Source: an uncultured virus (IMG/VR IMGVR_UViG_3300032288_003839) (lineage: Duplodnaviria; Heunggongvirae; Uroviricota; Caudoviricetes). From it: a DNA stretch of 62,281 bases. The DNA lies in IMG/VR virus record IMGVR_UViG_3300032288_003839. One strand, 5' to 3'. Positions 1-9,380 of the stretch are shown piece by piece; position 1 is the first letter of the stretch, and the number at the start of each line of letters is the position of its first letter. A program made the translations under genes and the position numbers. The notes beneath the pieces were generated by a model, which worked only from the letters and a program-made list of their open reading frames with translations, did not search any database and had not been told where the DNA came from.

Positions 1-1
1 A

Positions 2-331
2 GAAGATAAACAAGAGTTTAAGGATGGTAGAGTTAGAAGAAGAGATATGCCTTCATCTGTTTCTGAAAAAATGAAATTTGGAGAGGATCCTCTAATTTCA
101 GCTATAAGAGGAATAAAAGAAGAATTAGGTGTTAATGTAGAAGGACATCAATTAATAAAAATGAGAGACTTATTCTATAATGGTGGTTCTCAATCTTACC
201 CTGGTTTAAGAACAAGATATAAAGGACATCAATTTACTTGTTTCCTAAATGATGACCAATTTGATGCAAATGGTTATATAGAAGTTCAAAAAGATAAGAG
301 CACATTCTTTAAATGGTTTAAGAAAGATTAA
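2..331 (+). CDS. Nudix-like hydrolase, 5'-truncated by the window edge
   Basis: Frame is open from base 2. The segment EKMKFGEDPLISAIRGIKEELGV resembles a degenerate Nudix box. Confidence 0.5.
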   Translation, partial: EDKQEFKDGRVRRRDMPSSVSEKMKFGEDPLISAIRGIKEELGVNVEGHQLIKMRDLFYNGGSQSYPGLRTRYKGHQFTCFLNDDQFDANGYIEVQKDKSTFFKWFKKD

Positions 332-357
332 AACTTTTAACTTTATAGTCATATAAA
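331..357 (+). promoter_or_regulatory. Class B motif AAAC-N17-TATAAA (putative phage middle promoter)
   Basis: aaac ttttaactttatagtca tataaa before the FKBP gene. Same architecture at 2982, 3929, 17145, 29458, 30473, 32061, 33373, 41375 (+) and upstream of 2015 and 33359 (-). Confidence 0.55.
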
Positions 358-376
358 TTAAAAATATAAATTAATC

Positions 377-799
377 ATGATTATAAAAGGAAGTACCGTG
401 GATGTACATTACATTGGTAAATTAACAACAGGAGAGGTTTTTGATTCCTCGGAAGGTAGAGAACCTTTGAAATTTCAAGTAGGTTCAGGTCAAATAATTC
501 CTGGATTTGAAGAAGCGGTACTTGGTAAACAACCAGGTGATAAAGTAACAATAAACATTCAACCAGAAAATGCTTATGGTCCAGTTAGAGAAGATCTTTT
601 TGTTAAAGTACCAATGGATAAAATGCCAGGTGAAGTTCAAGTAGGTCAATCATTACAAGCAGTTGGTGATGATAATAGACCAGTACAAGTTGTTGTAAAA
701 GAAGTTAATGAAGACCATGTTGTAATTGATGGTAACCATCCGTTAGCTGGTAAAGAATTAGTATTTGATATTGAAGTTGTTGATGTTCAATTCGCGTAA
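377..799 (+). CDS. FKBP-type peptidyl-prolyl isomerase (SlyD/SlpA-like)
   Basis: VHYIGKL..GEVFDSS.GREPL.F.VG.GQIIPGFE; AYG; DGNHPLAGKELVFDIEV. Confidence 0.95.
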   Translation: MIIKGSTVDVHYIGKLTTGEVFDSSEGREPLKFQVGSGQIIPGFEEAVLGKQPGDKVTINIQPENAYGPVREDLFVKVPMDKMPGEVQVGQSLQAVGDDNRPVQVVVKEVNEDHVVIDGNHPLAGKELVFDIEVVDVQFA

Positions 800-821
800 T
801 TTTTTCATAGAATTAAAAATT

Positions 822-850
822 AAACCCATTAGATTAGTCTGATGGGTTTT
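822..850 (+). terminator. Intrinsic terminator
   Basis: aaacccattagattagtctgatgggttttt, hairpin plus T-run. Confidence 0.8.
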
Positions 851-866
851 TTATTATATATAACTT

Positions 867-1403
867 ATGTCAAGAAAATCATCAATTAAAAAAATCAAGA
901 GAAATAACTCTCAATCTAAAAATATAGAAGCTGCTCTTTCTATGCATCTCTATGAAAAACAACACTCACCAATAACAACAAGATTCACAGGATATGGATT
1001 ATCAGAATGTGATGTTATCTCAATTAGTAAATCAGATTATATCTATGAATATGAAATTAAAATATCAAGATCTGATTTCAAGGCAGATTTCAATAAAGAG
1101 AAACACAAACTAATGTTGGAAAGAAAATGCACTAAAGAAAGAATGATTAAAGAAAATAATCAAATGATTAAAGATACTTTATATCTAACTTCAAATTACT
1201 TTCACTTTGTAACACCAACAGGATTAGTTAGTATAGATGAGATACCAGAGTATGCTGGACTAGTTTATATGGATGAAAATTTGAACTTTGAAGTAATAAA
1301 AAAAGCCCCTCTTTTACATAAAGAGAAGGCTAGTTATAATTTCATTAGACAGTTATCACATAATCTAACTTGTAAATTGGTATTCAATAAAGTTAGTACT
1401 TAA
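867..1403 (+). CDS. PD-(D/E)XK nuclease-like protein (MmcB-like)
   Basis: ECDVISI...EYEIKISRSDFKAD; FHFVTP; IPEYAGL. Confidence 0.7.
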   Translation: MSRKSSIKKIKRNNSQSKNIEAALSMHLYEKQHSPITTRFTGYGLSECDVISISKSDYIYEYEIKISRSDFKADFNKEKHKLMLERKCTKERMIKENNQMIKDTLYLTSNYFHFVTPTGLVSIDEIPEYAGLVYMDENLNFEVIKKAPLLHKEKASYNFIRQLSHNLTCKLVFNKVST

Positions 1404-1690
1404 GATTCTAGGTTATTATTAAATATAATATCAGAACATTGAAATTCATTTTTTAATAATTCAACAGTTTCGGTATTATTTTTTAAAGTATTATATTCTT
1501 TATTCATAGAAGGTAAGTGAATATTATCGTCACATCTACAACCATTTACATATCTATCAACTATATACATAAACATATTAATATTTGGTTTTGGTTGGTA
1601 AAATTCTTCTTTATTTTTAAGTAAAGTCCATAGATGTACTGGTGAGTTAATCATCATTGTTCTGGATATTTGTGCTTTATTAATAGACAT
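1400..1690 (-). CDS. Hypothetical protein
   Basis: ORF coupled to the upstream gene; contains GCRCD. Confidence 0.6.
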   Translation of the reverse strand: MSINKAQISRTMMINSPVHLWTLLKNKEEFYQPKPNINMFMYIVDRYVNGCRCDDNIHLPSMNKEYNTLKNNTETVELLKNEFQCSDIIFNNNLES

Positions 1691-2015
1691 ATTTATTTAA
1701 TATTTTATATGATATGTATGATAGAAGGTAAACTGTGGCAAAATTGACTAAACTATTAAATAATAATACATCAATTAAAACAACCCAAAAACAAAAACAA
1801 GGCTTACAAGTAAATAGTTCTACTATAAAACTAGGATGTTTTATTCTTAGAAAATTTAAATAGTCAGCCTTAGGGTTTTCTACCTTATAATCATCAAAAT
1901 CATTTATTCTGAATATCTTTAATTTAAGAAGTTTACAGTAACTTATAAAAGCATCTGTGTTAAACCATAAAAATAAAATTAGATTTATCCAAAAAATTTG
2001 ACTTACAAAACTCAT
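1680..2015 (-). CDS. Membrane protein with CxxCxxxW motif
   Basis: Hydrophobic segments; ELFTCKPCFCFWV; class B motif upstream. Confidence 0.65.
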   Translation of the reverse strand: MSFVSQIFWINLILFLWFNTDAFISYCKLLKLKIFRINDFDDYKVENPKADYLNFLRIKHPSFIVELFTCKPCFCFWVVLIDVLLFNSLVNFATVYLLSYISYKILNKYVY

Positions 2016-2045
2016 ACCAATTATATGAGAAGATCAGATAATAGT

Positions 2046-2192
2046 TTATCTACCTTGTCCTCTATAAACCTTCTTGTAATTCTTAGCTCTTTTAATCTTA
2101 GAAGTTTTAGTCTTAGCATGAATACCAGCTCTTTTTACTTTTGGTTTACTTAGAAATGATCTTTCATTGGATGTTTGTTTTGCCTTAGCCAT
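2046..2192 (-). CDS. Small, highly basic protein (48 aa) ending YRGQGR
   Basis: Start revised to ATG at 2192 (MAKAKQT...), which lies downstream of a TATATA motif; K/R-rich. Confidence 0.75.
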   Translation of the reverse strand: MAKAKQTSNERSFLSKPKVKRAGIHAKTKTSKIKRAKNYKKVYRGQGR

Positions 2193-2259
2193 AGTGATTA
2201 TATTATTTTTCTTATATATAAAAAATAATATATAATTTTTACAAAAATTAACCACTACT

Positions 2260-2961
2260 ATGAAGAAATTAATAATATTATCATTTCTACTCCTATCAGT
2301 ATCTATTAAGGCTCAAAAGGAAATATCCTTAGATAATAGTTTATCAGGAAGTCTAAATCAAGGTAAGGAAGGAAATATAATTGGTCTTAACTTCACAGGT
2401 AACAATTCTTTTGACTTTGGAAAGCACATTGAATTAGATTTAGGTACAAACTACAACATACAATACACACCAGAATTATCTCAAAATGAATTAATCCAAA
2501 AGGCTAATTTAGCTTATAATAAAGAACATTGGGATTTATTCACAACATATCAATATAACTATTCACTAACACGTGAAATTCAAGCTGATAACTGGTTAGG
2601 TATCGGTGGTGGTGTTAAAGAAAAATTTAGTTGGGGTAAGGCTTCTTTTTCATATGCTTTTCTTTATCAGAACACAGATTATATGGTAGATCATAGTACA
2701 AATAAATTAAGACATTCTATTAGAGGTAAAATAAAAATAGAAAAGAAGTTATTTGAATTCTCAACAGAATATTACTATCAACCAAATATTAAAGATTTTA
2801 ATGACTGTATAATTTATGGTACTACTAAATTATCTTTATTCCCTACAAAACCTTTTAATTTTATAATACAAGACCAAATGAACTTTAGAAGTGTTAGTGG
2901 TGTTAGAATGATGAACAATTTAACTTTTGGTATTGCTTATAAATTTAACAAGAAATTTTAA
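2260..2961 (+). CDS. Outer-membrane beta-barrel-like protein (DUF481-like)
   Basis: Signal peptide ending IKAQ; alternating amphipathic strands; EYYYQP; terminal FGIAYKF..F. Confidence 0.65.
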   Translation: MKKLIILSFLLLSVSIKAQKEISLDNSLSGSLNQGKEGNIIGLNFTGNNSFDFGKHIELDLGTNYNIQYTPELSQNELIQKANLAYNKEHWDLFTTYQYNYSLTREIQADNWLGIGGGVKEKFSWGKASFSYAFLYQNTDYMVDHSTNKLRHSIRGKIKIEKKLFEFSTEYYYQPNIKDFNDCIIYGTTKLSLFPTKPFNFIIQDQMNFRSVSGVRMMNNLTFGIAYKFNKKF

Positions 2962-3021
2962 AAATTTTTTATGTTTTTACTAAACAAAGCAATTTAGATT
3001 CGATATATAGAAAGATAATAA

Positions 3022-3053
3022 TTTTTGAGTAGGATTAATTTTCTACTCAAAAA
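3022..3053 (+). promoter_or_regulatory. Leader hairpin before the aaRS-like gene
   Basis: ttttgagtagg-attaattt-tctactcaaaa between the class B motif (2982) and ATG 3066. Followed by A's on both strands, so it is not a U-tail terminator. Confidence 0.4.
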
Positions 3054-3065
3054 AAAAATTTCTAT

Positions 3066-3896
3066 ATGAAAAACACATTAGCCTACAACTCTCTTGTTCA
3101 AAAAATGAGAGAATTTTTTTTGCAAAAAGGATTCGTTGAAGTCCCAACACAATCAAGACTGTCTATTTTAGCAGCTTGTGAAAACCCTCACTCTATTACA
3201 ACTTTTAACTACAGTGGTGAAGTATGGCCTCTTCCACAAACTGGACAAATGTGGCTAGAGCATGAACTTTTGAAAAATCCAGAATGGCCTGGGTGCTTCT
3301 GTATATCAACATCTTATCGCCAAGAAAAAAATCCAATTCCAGGTAGACATGAATTAATATTCCCTATGTTTGAATTTGAGTCTAAAGGTGGGATGAAAGA
3401 ACTTCTAAAATTAGAATCAGAACTTTTATCACACTTAGGTTTTGATCAACCAGTGGAAGTAAAATATGACGATGTTTGCCAAGAATATGGTGGTGTTGAA
3501 ATCTTAGAAGATGAACACGAAAGTAGAATGTGGAAAGAAAAGAGTTCGGTAGTATCTCTTCAATATTTTCCAAGAAGAACAAATCCATTCTGGAATATGA
3601 AACATAAAGATGGAGAAATATTTAATAAAGTGGATGTTATTCTCTATGGACAAGAGACTATCGGATCAGCTGAAAGAAGCTCAGATGTTGATAAAATGAG
3701 AGAAATGTTTTACACAATTGAGGATGGTAAATATTCTGCTAAACTATTTGAACTATTTGGTAAAGAAAGAGTGGAGAAAGAATTAGAACAGTTCTTATCA
3801 TATGACTTCTTTCCAAGATTTGGTGGTGGTATTGGCCTAACAAGAATGGCTAGAGCTATGGAGCTACTACAACAAGAAAAAATGGAATTAGTATAA
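3066..3896 (+). CDS. Class II (Asp/Asn/Lys-type) aminoacyl-tRNA synthetase catalytic-domain protein lacking an anticodon domain
   Basis: Motif 1 GFVEVPT, motif 2 SYRQE....GRH...F.MFEFE, ETIGSAER, motif 3 FGGGIGLTRM; only 276 aa. Confidence 0.85.
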   Translation: MKNTLAYNSLVQKMREFFLQKGFVEVPTQSRLSILAACENPHSITTFNYSGEVWPLPQTGQMWLEHELLKNPEWPGCFCISTSYRQEKNPIPGRHELIFPMFEFESKGGMKELLKLESELLSHLGFDQPVEVKYDDVCQEYGGVEILEDEHESRMWKEKSSVVSLQYFPRRTNPFWNMKHKDGEIFNKVDVILYGQETIGSAERSSDVDKMREMFYTIEDGKYSAKLFELFGKERVEKELEQFLSYDFFPRFGGGIGLTRMARAMELLQQEKMELV

Positions 3897-3922
3897 AAAA
3901 AAGAGGAGAAATCCTCTTTTTT
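3897..3922 (+). terminator. Intrinsic terminator
   Basis: aaaaaagagga-gaaa-tcctctttttt. Confidence 0.8.
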
Positions 3923-3973
3923 ATTTTTAAACTTATTATATTAACTGAATAAAATAAAAAAGAAATTAACTAT

Positions 3974-4588
3974 ATGATTATTTTAATAGACGCTGTTGTT
4001 GGTGCTGGTAAATCAACTTTATCTGAAAAATTAGGTCAGAAACTAAATATACCGGTTCATTATGAACTTCAAAACCAAACAACTATGAATCTATTAGAAG
4101 AATTTTATAAAGATAAAAATAGGTGGTCATTTACTTTACAGATTCATTTCTTAAATGAAAGATTCAAAATGATTAAAGAAATAACCAAAGCAGGTACCGG
4201 AATATTAGACCGTTCTATTTTTGGAGATAGAATATTTGCACAAATGTTAAATGAAGATGGTTGGATGACTAATGATGAATATTCAACTTACTCAAGTCTA
4301 TTGGATAATATGTTAGAACATGTTTCTAAACCAGATTTACTTTTATATATTGATTGTGATTTAGACACAGCAATGGAAAGAATTAAGGGAAGAGGAAGAG
4401 AAATGGAACAATCTGTTGATTCTGTTTATTGGAGTAGATTAAATGAAAAATATACTAAGTGGTATAATGAGTATAATCTTTCTGATAAAATATCAATAGG
4501 TGCTAGGTCTTATCATCCTAATAATGATAATGATATAGACTTAATAGTTAATAAGATTAAGGGAAGATTAGACTTTTCTTTTTCTTAA
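3974..4588 (+). CDS. Deoxynucleoside kinase
   Basis: P-loop VGAGKST; FYKD..RWSF.LQ.HFL..RF; DRSIFGDRIF; RIKGRGREME. Confidence 0.92.
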   Translation: MIILIDAVVGAGKSTLSEKLGQKLNIPVHYELQNQTTMNLLEEFYKDKNRWSFTLQIHFLNERFKMIKEITKAGTGILDRSIFGDRIFAQMLNEDGWMTNDEYSTYSSLLDNMLEHVSKPDLLLYIDCDLDTAMERIKGRGREMEQSVDSVYWSRLNEKYTKWYNEYNLSDKISIGARSYHPNNDNDIDLIVNKIKGRLDFSFS

Positions 4589-4819
4589 TTTTTTATTATA
4601 AACAGAAGTAAAGATATTTTTTATTTCAACAAGTGGATTATTACCCGAAAATAAGAAGTATAATCCAAAGCAAAATCCCGCAAGGCAATACAAAATTAAA
4701 TTGGCTCCTAAATAGGAACCTGTTAATTTCATCAGCATTATCTGAATAGCGTCGAACCCGAACGGGTTGAAGAACATTCCCAACATTAGGAATAGAGTTG
4801 CTAGCTTTTGTTTTGTCAT
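4568..4819 (-). CDS. Small membrane protein (FFNPFGFD motif)
   Basis: Two hydrophobic segments; codons are atypically GC-rich for this window. Confidence 0.55.
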   Translation of the reverse strand: MTKQKLATLFLMLGMFFNPFGFDAIQIMLMKLTGSYLGANLILYCLAGFCFGLYFLFSGNNPLVEIKNIFTSVYNKKLRKRKV

Positions 4820-4983
4820 TTTCTATACTGGGACCAGAATCCATAAAAAATCATAATTTTGACTTACACCTCCAACCTAAAAATTACCTATCACACGATG
4901 AGGGTAGTTATGGTGTATATATAAAAATTAAAAAAATGATTTTTTATATATAATATATACATTATAAAAATTAAAATTTAATT

Positions 4984-5412
4984 ATGAAATACGTTAAAAC
5001 ATTCGAGCAATACTCAGTTATAAATGAGGAAGAAATACTTGGACTTGGTAAGCTTTTCAATAAAGCTGCTGCTACTGAAGTAGACTTATCAAAAACTGAT
5101 GATGTTAAATTAGCTGAATCGGTTAAAAAATATTTAGACTCAACTTATGAGGGTGGTAAAATTACCAAATCTAGTAGATGGGAAATTGTTAAAAATAATA
5201 GAAAAAAAATCACTGAAGCTGGTATACCAACTGAGTTAGTTGATAAAGTACTTGCTGTAATAGTAATGGTTCAAAAAGCTTTACCTTTGTTTACATTCGA
5301 CCCTAAAGTTGCTGAAGAAGAACAAAAAGGACATCTTTTATCATATAATAAAGAAAGTAATATGTTAAAATTTACTCCAGCTTCTGAAAAAACTGTTAAT
5401 CCAAACGGATAA
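4984..5412 (+). CDS. Hypothetical protein with N-terminal MKYVKTFE..INE tag
   Basis: Tag family member; TAATATATA upstream. Confidence 0.75.
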   Translation: MKYVKTFEQYSVINEEEILGLGKLFNKAAATEVDLSKTDDVKLAESVKKYLDSTYEGGKITKSSRWEIVKNNRKKITEAGIPTELVDKVLAVIVMVQKALPLFTFDPKVAEEEQKGHLLSYNKESNMLKFTPASEKTVNPNG

Positions 5413-5414
5413 TT

Positions 5415-5443
5415 AAAACCCCACTATTAATTAGTGGGTTTTT
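5415..5443. terminator. Bidirectional intrinsic terminator
   Basis: aaaacccacta-ttaat-tagtgggtttt between convergent genes. Confidence 0.85.
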
Positions 5444-5447
5444 TATT

Positions 5448-5885
5448 TTAAACATTTTCTAAAATCAACCTATCAATTTCATTGATAGAGGTAACACCTT
5501 TAACTAAAATCTTATCTAAGATATCATTAACTTCAATATTATCTTTATAAAAGTTGGTAACTAATTCATCAATGATATTCGTCATATCAGTACCATTTTC
5601 ATCAATAAAGTTGGTTTTAATATCATTACATAAAAAAACATCTTTTGTTAAATCTTCAAATCGAAAGTCAATAGAGAAGTTAATAAAGTTCTCAACTAAA
5701 TCTTTAATTGTGTGTTGGTCAATAACGCAAAACATAGAGACCATTTCATTCTCATCTAAGAACTCAACATATTCAAACTTTGAGTATATTTTTTCTAAGA
5801 TTTGTAATTGAACAGGACTCGCTGTAGAAACAATATTCTCAATTTCAGACTGAGTGTGTTTTGTTGTTACTTTAATTAATTTCAT
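5448..5885 (-). CDS. Hypothetical protein; probable paralog of 32093..32428
   Basis: TATCTTTG upstream (5911-5918); C-terminal NDILDKI..KGVTSINE.D..IL. Confidence 0.7.
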   Translation of the reverse strand: MKLIKVTTKHTQSEIENIVSTASPVQLQILEKIYSKFEYVEFLDENEMVSMFCVIDQHTIKDLVENFINFSIDFRFEDLTKDVFLCNDIKTNFIDENGTDMTNIIDELVTNFYKDNIEVNDILDKILVKGVTSINEIDRLILENV

Positions 5886-5954
5886 AATCCGTAGTGTTAA
5901 TTATCTTATACAAAGATAAGGCAGGATTTTTTATTTACCAAATTATTTTGATAA

Positions 5955-6149
5955 TTAACTAACATATGATTTTAATATTTCAACAGCCCCATTTTGATAA
6001 CCGCTGAATAAATCTTTTCTATCTAATGATGCTCTACTAACACCTAATTCACTATTATTATATTTAGTGAATACTTTACCTAGATTAACAAAGACTTCTA
6101 TTCTACCAGATAATTTCCATCTAATACATATTACTGTTTGACTTCTCAT
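5955..6149 (-). CDS. Hypothetical protein
   Basis: ATGA overlap with the upstream phosphoesterase. Confidence 0.6.
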   Translation of the reverse strand: MRSQTVICIRWKLSGRIEVFVNLGKVFTKYNNSELGVSRASLDRKDLFSGYQNGAVEILKSYVS

Positions 6150-6898
6150 ATATCTCTTTCATTCCAAAGTTCACCAACATTTAACAATCTGTGTTTAGTA
6201 CCATACATATTAAGAACATCGCTTTTATGAAAGTGTCCATAGTAATGGTGTTCAATATTATTATTCATTTTAACAATTTGAAAAGCATGTGTCATTTGAT
6301 TTCTCTCATACATCAAATCTGTTTTTAAATTCACATCACCAGTATCTCTTATAATACCGTTTACAAAACCACCTAATCCCATTTTATTATCAGGAAAACA
6401 ATAGTCAGGAGCAGTGTGAGTTACTATAATATTAATATCTCTTAAGTCTTTTAATTTATCAATATCAAGTTCAAATACTTCATCAGGCCACCAGCTTTCG
6501 CGACCCATAGTTGGAGTTGTATAAGTTCCAAGTTTTTGTTCTTTGGTATATCTCCACTCACGGTCCACACTGACAGCACCACCAATACAAAGAATATTCT
6601 TTTCTTCTAAATTAAGGACAGTATAATCTTTTACTAATTTAATATTAGTGAACTCAAATGGATCATTATCAAAGTAAGGTTTATAATCATGATTACCGCG
6701 GATAGCCCAAACCATTATATTTCTTTTAACAAGAACATCTTGTGTCATTTGTAGTAGTCTTTTTTCTTTTTCAAGAGTATTAAAACCAACACCAAAATCT
6801 CCTACTTGAATTATGTGAGCATCCTTTAAGTCATACATTTTAATGTATTGATTAATTAGGTTAAAATTACCGTGTATGTCACCGAGGTAGAATATCAT
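6146..6898 (-). CDS. Calcineurin-like metallophosphoesterase
   Basis: GDIHG, VGDFG, RGNHD, THTAP, GHFH. Confidence 0.92.
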   Translation of the reverse strand: MIFYLGDIHGNFNLINQYIKMYDLKDAHIIQVGDFGVGFNTLEKEKRLLQMTQDVLVKRNIMVWAIRGNHDYKPYFDNDPFEFTNIKLVKDYTVLNLEEKNILCIGGAVSVDREWRYTKEQKLGTYTTPTMGRESWWPDEVFELDIDKLKDLRDINIIVTHTAPDYCFPDNKMGLGGFVNGIIRDTGDVNLKTDLMYERNQMTHAFQIVKMNNNIEHHYYGHFHKSDVLNMYGTKHRLLNVGELWNERDI

Positions 6899-6902
6899 AT
6901 TA

Positions 6903-6910
6903 CAAATATA
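6903..6910 (-). promoter_or_regulatory. Class A host-type promoter -7 element TATATTTG
   Basis: Matches the Bacteroidota sigma-A TAnnTTTG element; 4 nt before ATG 6898. Also at 11204, 14899, 19811, 20103, 26328 (-) and 21075, 26840, 29796, 35990, 37129, 38759, 40666, 42763, 49522, 51519, 59235, 61659 (+). Confidence 0.75.
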
Positions 6911-7024
6911 GTTAAAAAATTTAAGACTCCAAAATACATTAGTAATATATCATGATGTTGCATGATTATCATGTCTTTTGGAATGAATTATATAAAATAA
7001 ATATTAAAAAGTTAATATTTATTT

Positions 7025-7033
7025 TAATATATA
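7025..7033 (+). promoter_or_regulatory. Class C motif TAATATATA (putative phage late promoter)
   Basis: Recurs shortly upstream of starts, e.g. 14918, 16780, 18792, 54375 (+) and 21056, 49147 (-); same or near-identical motif before 25215, 29413, 30459, 33133, 37085, 44371, 48452, 49490, 57453, 58577, 60914. Confidence 0.65.
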
Positions 7034-7053
7034 CAAAAAACTACTACAAAAAC

Positions 7054-8838
7054 TTGTCAATTTATTCAAAAATATCACTACTTATCGCTAGTCTAATAAT
7101 GTTATTTTATTTTACTATGCAAACTATGCTTGTATTTGATTTCATATCATATAGTCAGACTATTGGTAACCTTGGATATACTTGCTTTTTATTATTTATG
7201 CCTTTCTTCTTAGTTGTTGTAATGGAATATATTAGAAAAAGTAAAAAAGAAGTTAAAGTTAATAACTACATGAAAAAGTTAAATAATGTTCTTATTTCAC
7301 AATCACATAATGAATTATTTTATGAAGGTAAAATATTAGAAGGAGCTAAGGTTTTGACAAAAGAAGTAGTTAATTCAATTGATACCGATAGATGTTCTAT
7401 ATGGTTATATAACTCTGATAAGACATCTATAATTTGTCAACAACTCTATGTTAAATCAGAAGACAATTGGCACCATGGCATTGAATTATTTAAAAATGAT
7501 TTTAGTGCCTACTTTGAACACTTATCGAAAGATCCTGTAATTATGGCAAATAATGCTGAAACCCACCCAGCTACTTCTTGTTTTACAGATTCTTATTTAA
7601 AGCCTTTAGGTATTAAATCTATGCTAGATGTTCCTATTATATTTAGAGGAGGTGTAATTGGTGTTGTTTGTATAGAAAGCTTATCACTTAGAGAGTGGTC
7701 TAAATGTGAGATTGACTTTTCTAACATGCTATCTTCTATTTATTCTTTTGCTTATTCAGTTAAAGAAGGAAATAAAGTTAGTAAAAACTTACTTGAATTC
7801 GACAAGTTTGTTGATGGTTCTGTAATAGTTAGTAGAGCAGATGCTAATGGTAGGATAACATATGTAAATAAAAGATTCGAGGAGGTATCTGGTTGGAAAC
7901 TAAAAGAAATTAAAGGAAAAGATCATAATATTTTAAACTCTGGAGAACATTCTAAGACATTCTGGAAAGATATGTATAGAACTGTTGTAAAAGAAAAGAA
8001 AATTTGGAATGAGATAGTAACTAATAGAGGTAAAAGTGGTGAAGAATATTTTGTTGACTCTTATATCAAAGCAGATTTTAATGAAGATGGTGACCTATTA
8101 GGATTTATGTCAATAAGATATGATGTAACAGATGTTATTAAAAATACTCAGGAGATTCACAGAAATATTGAAGAGATTAATAAGAAGAATACTTATTTAG
8201 AACATGCTGCTAAAATATTGAGACATGATATGCATTCAGGTATTAATACTTATATGCCTAGAGGTATAAGTTCTTTAGAAAGGCGTTTAACACCTGAGAT
8301 TATAAAAGAATTAAAAATAGAGTCACCTCTTAAAATGATTAAAGAGGGTCTTCAACATACCCAAAAAGTTTATAAAGGCGTTTATGAATTTACAAACTTA
8401 GTTAAGAAAGACGCTGAGCTTAATAAAGAAACACATGATTTGAAACAGATATTGACAGATTATCTTTCAAATACATCTTATTCAAGTCAAGTAGCTATTG
8501 ATTATCTACCAACTGTGGATGTCAATCAAGCACTTTTTTGCACAGCTATTGATAATTTAATTCGTAATGGATTAAAATATAATGATAGTGAAACAAAAAT
8601 GGTTGCTATCTTTATGGAAGATGAACAACATATTGCTATACAAGATAATGGTAGAGGCATGACTCAAGCAGAGTTTGAGCATTTATCACAACCCTATACA
8701 AGAAAAGAAGGACAAAAAGAAACTGGTACCGGACTCGGTCTTAATATCTGTGTTGCTATTTTAGATGAACATGGATTTGAAGTTAGCTGTGAAAAGAACG
8801 AAGTAGGTACAAAAATGAAAATAAAAATAAAAAAATAA
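7054..8838 (+). CDS. Membrane GAF-PAS sensor histidine kinase
   Basis: Two TM segments; GAF (RCSIW, SMLDVPI, GVVCIE); PAS (ADANGRITYVN..F..VSGW); H-box ILRHDM; N-box DNLIRNGLKY; DNGRGM; GTGLGL. ORF track starts at 6952, but TTG 7054 after the class C motif is the more plausible start. Confidence 0.93.
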   Translation: MSIYSKISLLIASLIMLFYFTMQTMLVFDFISYSQTIGNLGYTCFLLFMPFFLVVVMEYIRKSKKEVKVNNYMKKLNNVLISQSHNELFYEGKILEGAKVLTKEVVNSIDTDRCSIWLYNSDKTSIICQQLYVKSEDNWHHGIELFKNDFSAYFEHLSKDPVIMANNAETHPATSCFTDSYLKPLGIKSMLDVPIIFRGGVIGVVCIESLSLREWSKCEIDFSNMLSSIYSFAYSVKEGNKVSKNLLEFDKFVDGSVIVSRADANGRITYVNKRFEEVSGWKLKEIKGKDHNILNSGEHSKTFWKDMYRTVVKEKKIWNEIVTNRGKSGEEYFVDSYIKADFNEDGDLLGFMSIRYDVTDVIKNTQEIHRNIEEINKKNTYLEHAAKILRHDMHSGINTYMPRGISSLERRLTPEIIKELKIESPLKMIKEGLQHTQKVYKGVYEFTNLVKKDAELNKETHDLKQILTDYLSNTSYSSQVAIDYLPTVDVNQALFCTAIDNLIRNGLKYNDSETKMVAIFMEDEQHIAIQDNGRGMTQAEFEHLSQPYTRKEGQKETGTGLGLNICVAILDEHGFEVSCEKNEVGTKMKIKIKK

Positions 8839-8843
8839 AAATT

Positions 8844-9368
8844 ATGGCAACTTACAAAATTGACCCTTATCACTCTGACATCGCGTTCAAAGTGAAACAC
8901 ATGATGATTTCAACCGTTAATGGTTGTTTCCAAAAATTTGATGCTACTATGGAAAGTAGTACAGAAGATTTCTCTGATGCAAAAATTACTTTTGAGTGTG
9001 ATGTAGATTCAGTTTACACAAACATTTCAGATAGAGATGCTCACTTAAAATCTCCTGACTTTTTCGCAGCAGATGAATTTCCAAAAATTACTTATTCCTC
9101 GACTTCAGTTGAAAAAGACGGTGATGAATATATTGTTACTGGTGATTTAACAATCAGAGGTATAACTAAACCAATAGTTTTAGATGGTTCTTATAACGGT
9201 AATGATGTTGATATGTATGGTAATACCAAGCATGGTTTTGAATTATCTGGTAAAGTAAACAGAGCAGACTATGGATTAACATTTAATGCACTTTCTGGAA
9301 AAGGTAATGCAATGGTTGGGGATGAGATTAAATTAATAATAAGCATTCAAATGCTAGAACAAAAATAA
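8844..9368 (+). CDS. YceI family protein
   Basis: IDPYHS.I.FKVKHMMISTV.G.F; RDAHLKSPDFF; GDLTIRGITKP; NRADYGL. Confidence 0.93.
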   Translation: MATYKIDPYHSDIAFKVKHMMISTVNGCFQKFDATMESSTEDFSDAKITFECDVDSVYTNISDRDAHLKSPDFFAADEFPKITYSSTSVEKDGDEYIVTGDLTIRGITKPIVLDGSYNGNDVDMYGNTKHGFELSGKVNRADYGLTFNALSGKGNAMVGDEIKLIISIQMLEQK

Positions 9369-9380
9369 TATAAAAAGAAA

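Noticed and set aside
4745..4775. tRNA fragment (GGGTTCGA on the minus strand)
   Set aside because: No cloverleaf can be built around it, and it lies within a plausible membrane-protein ORF.
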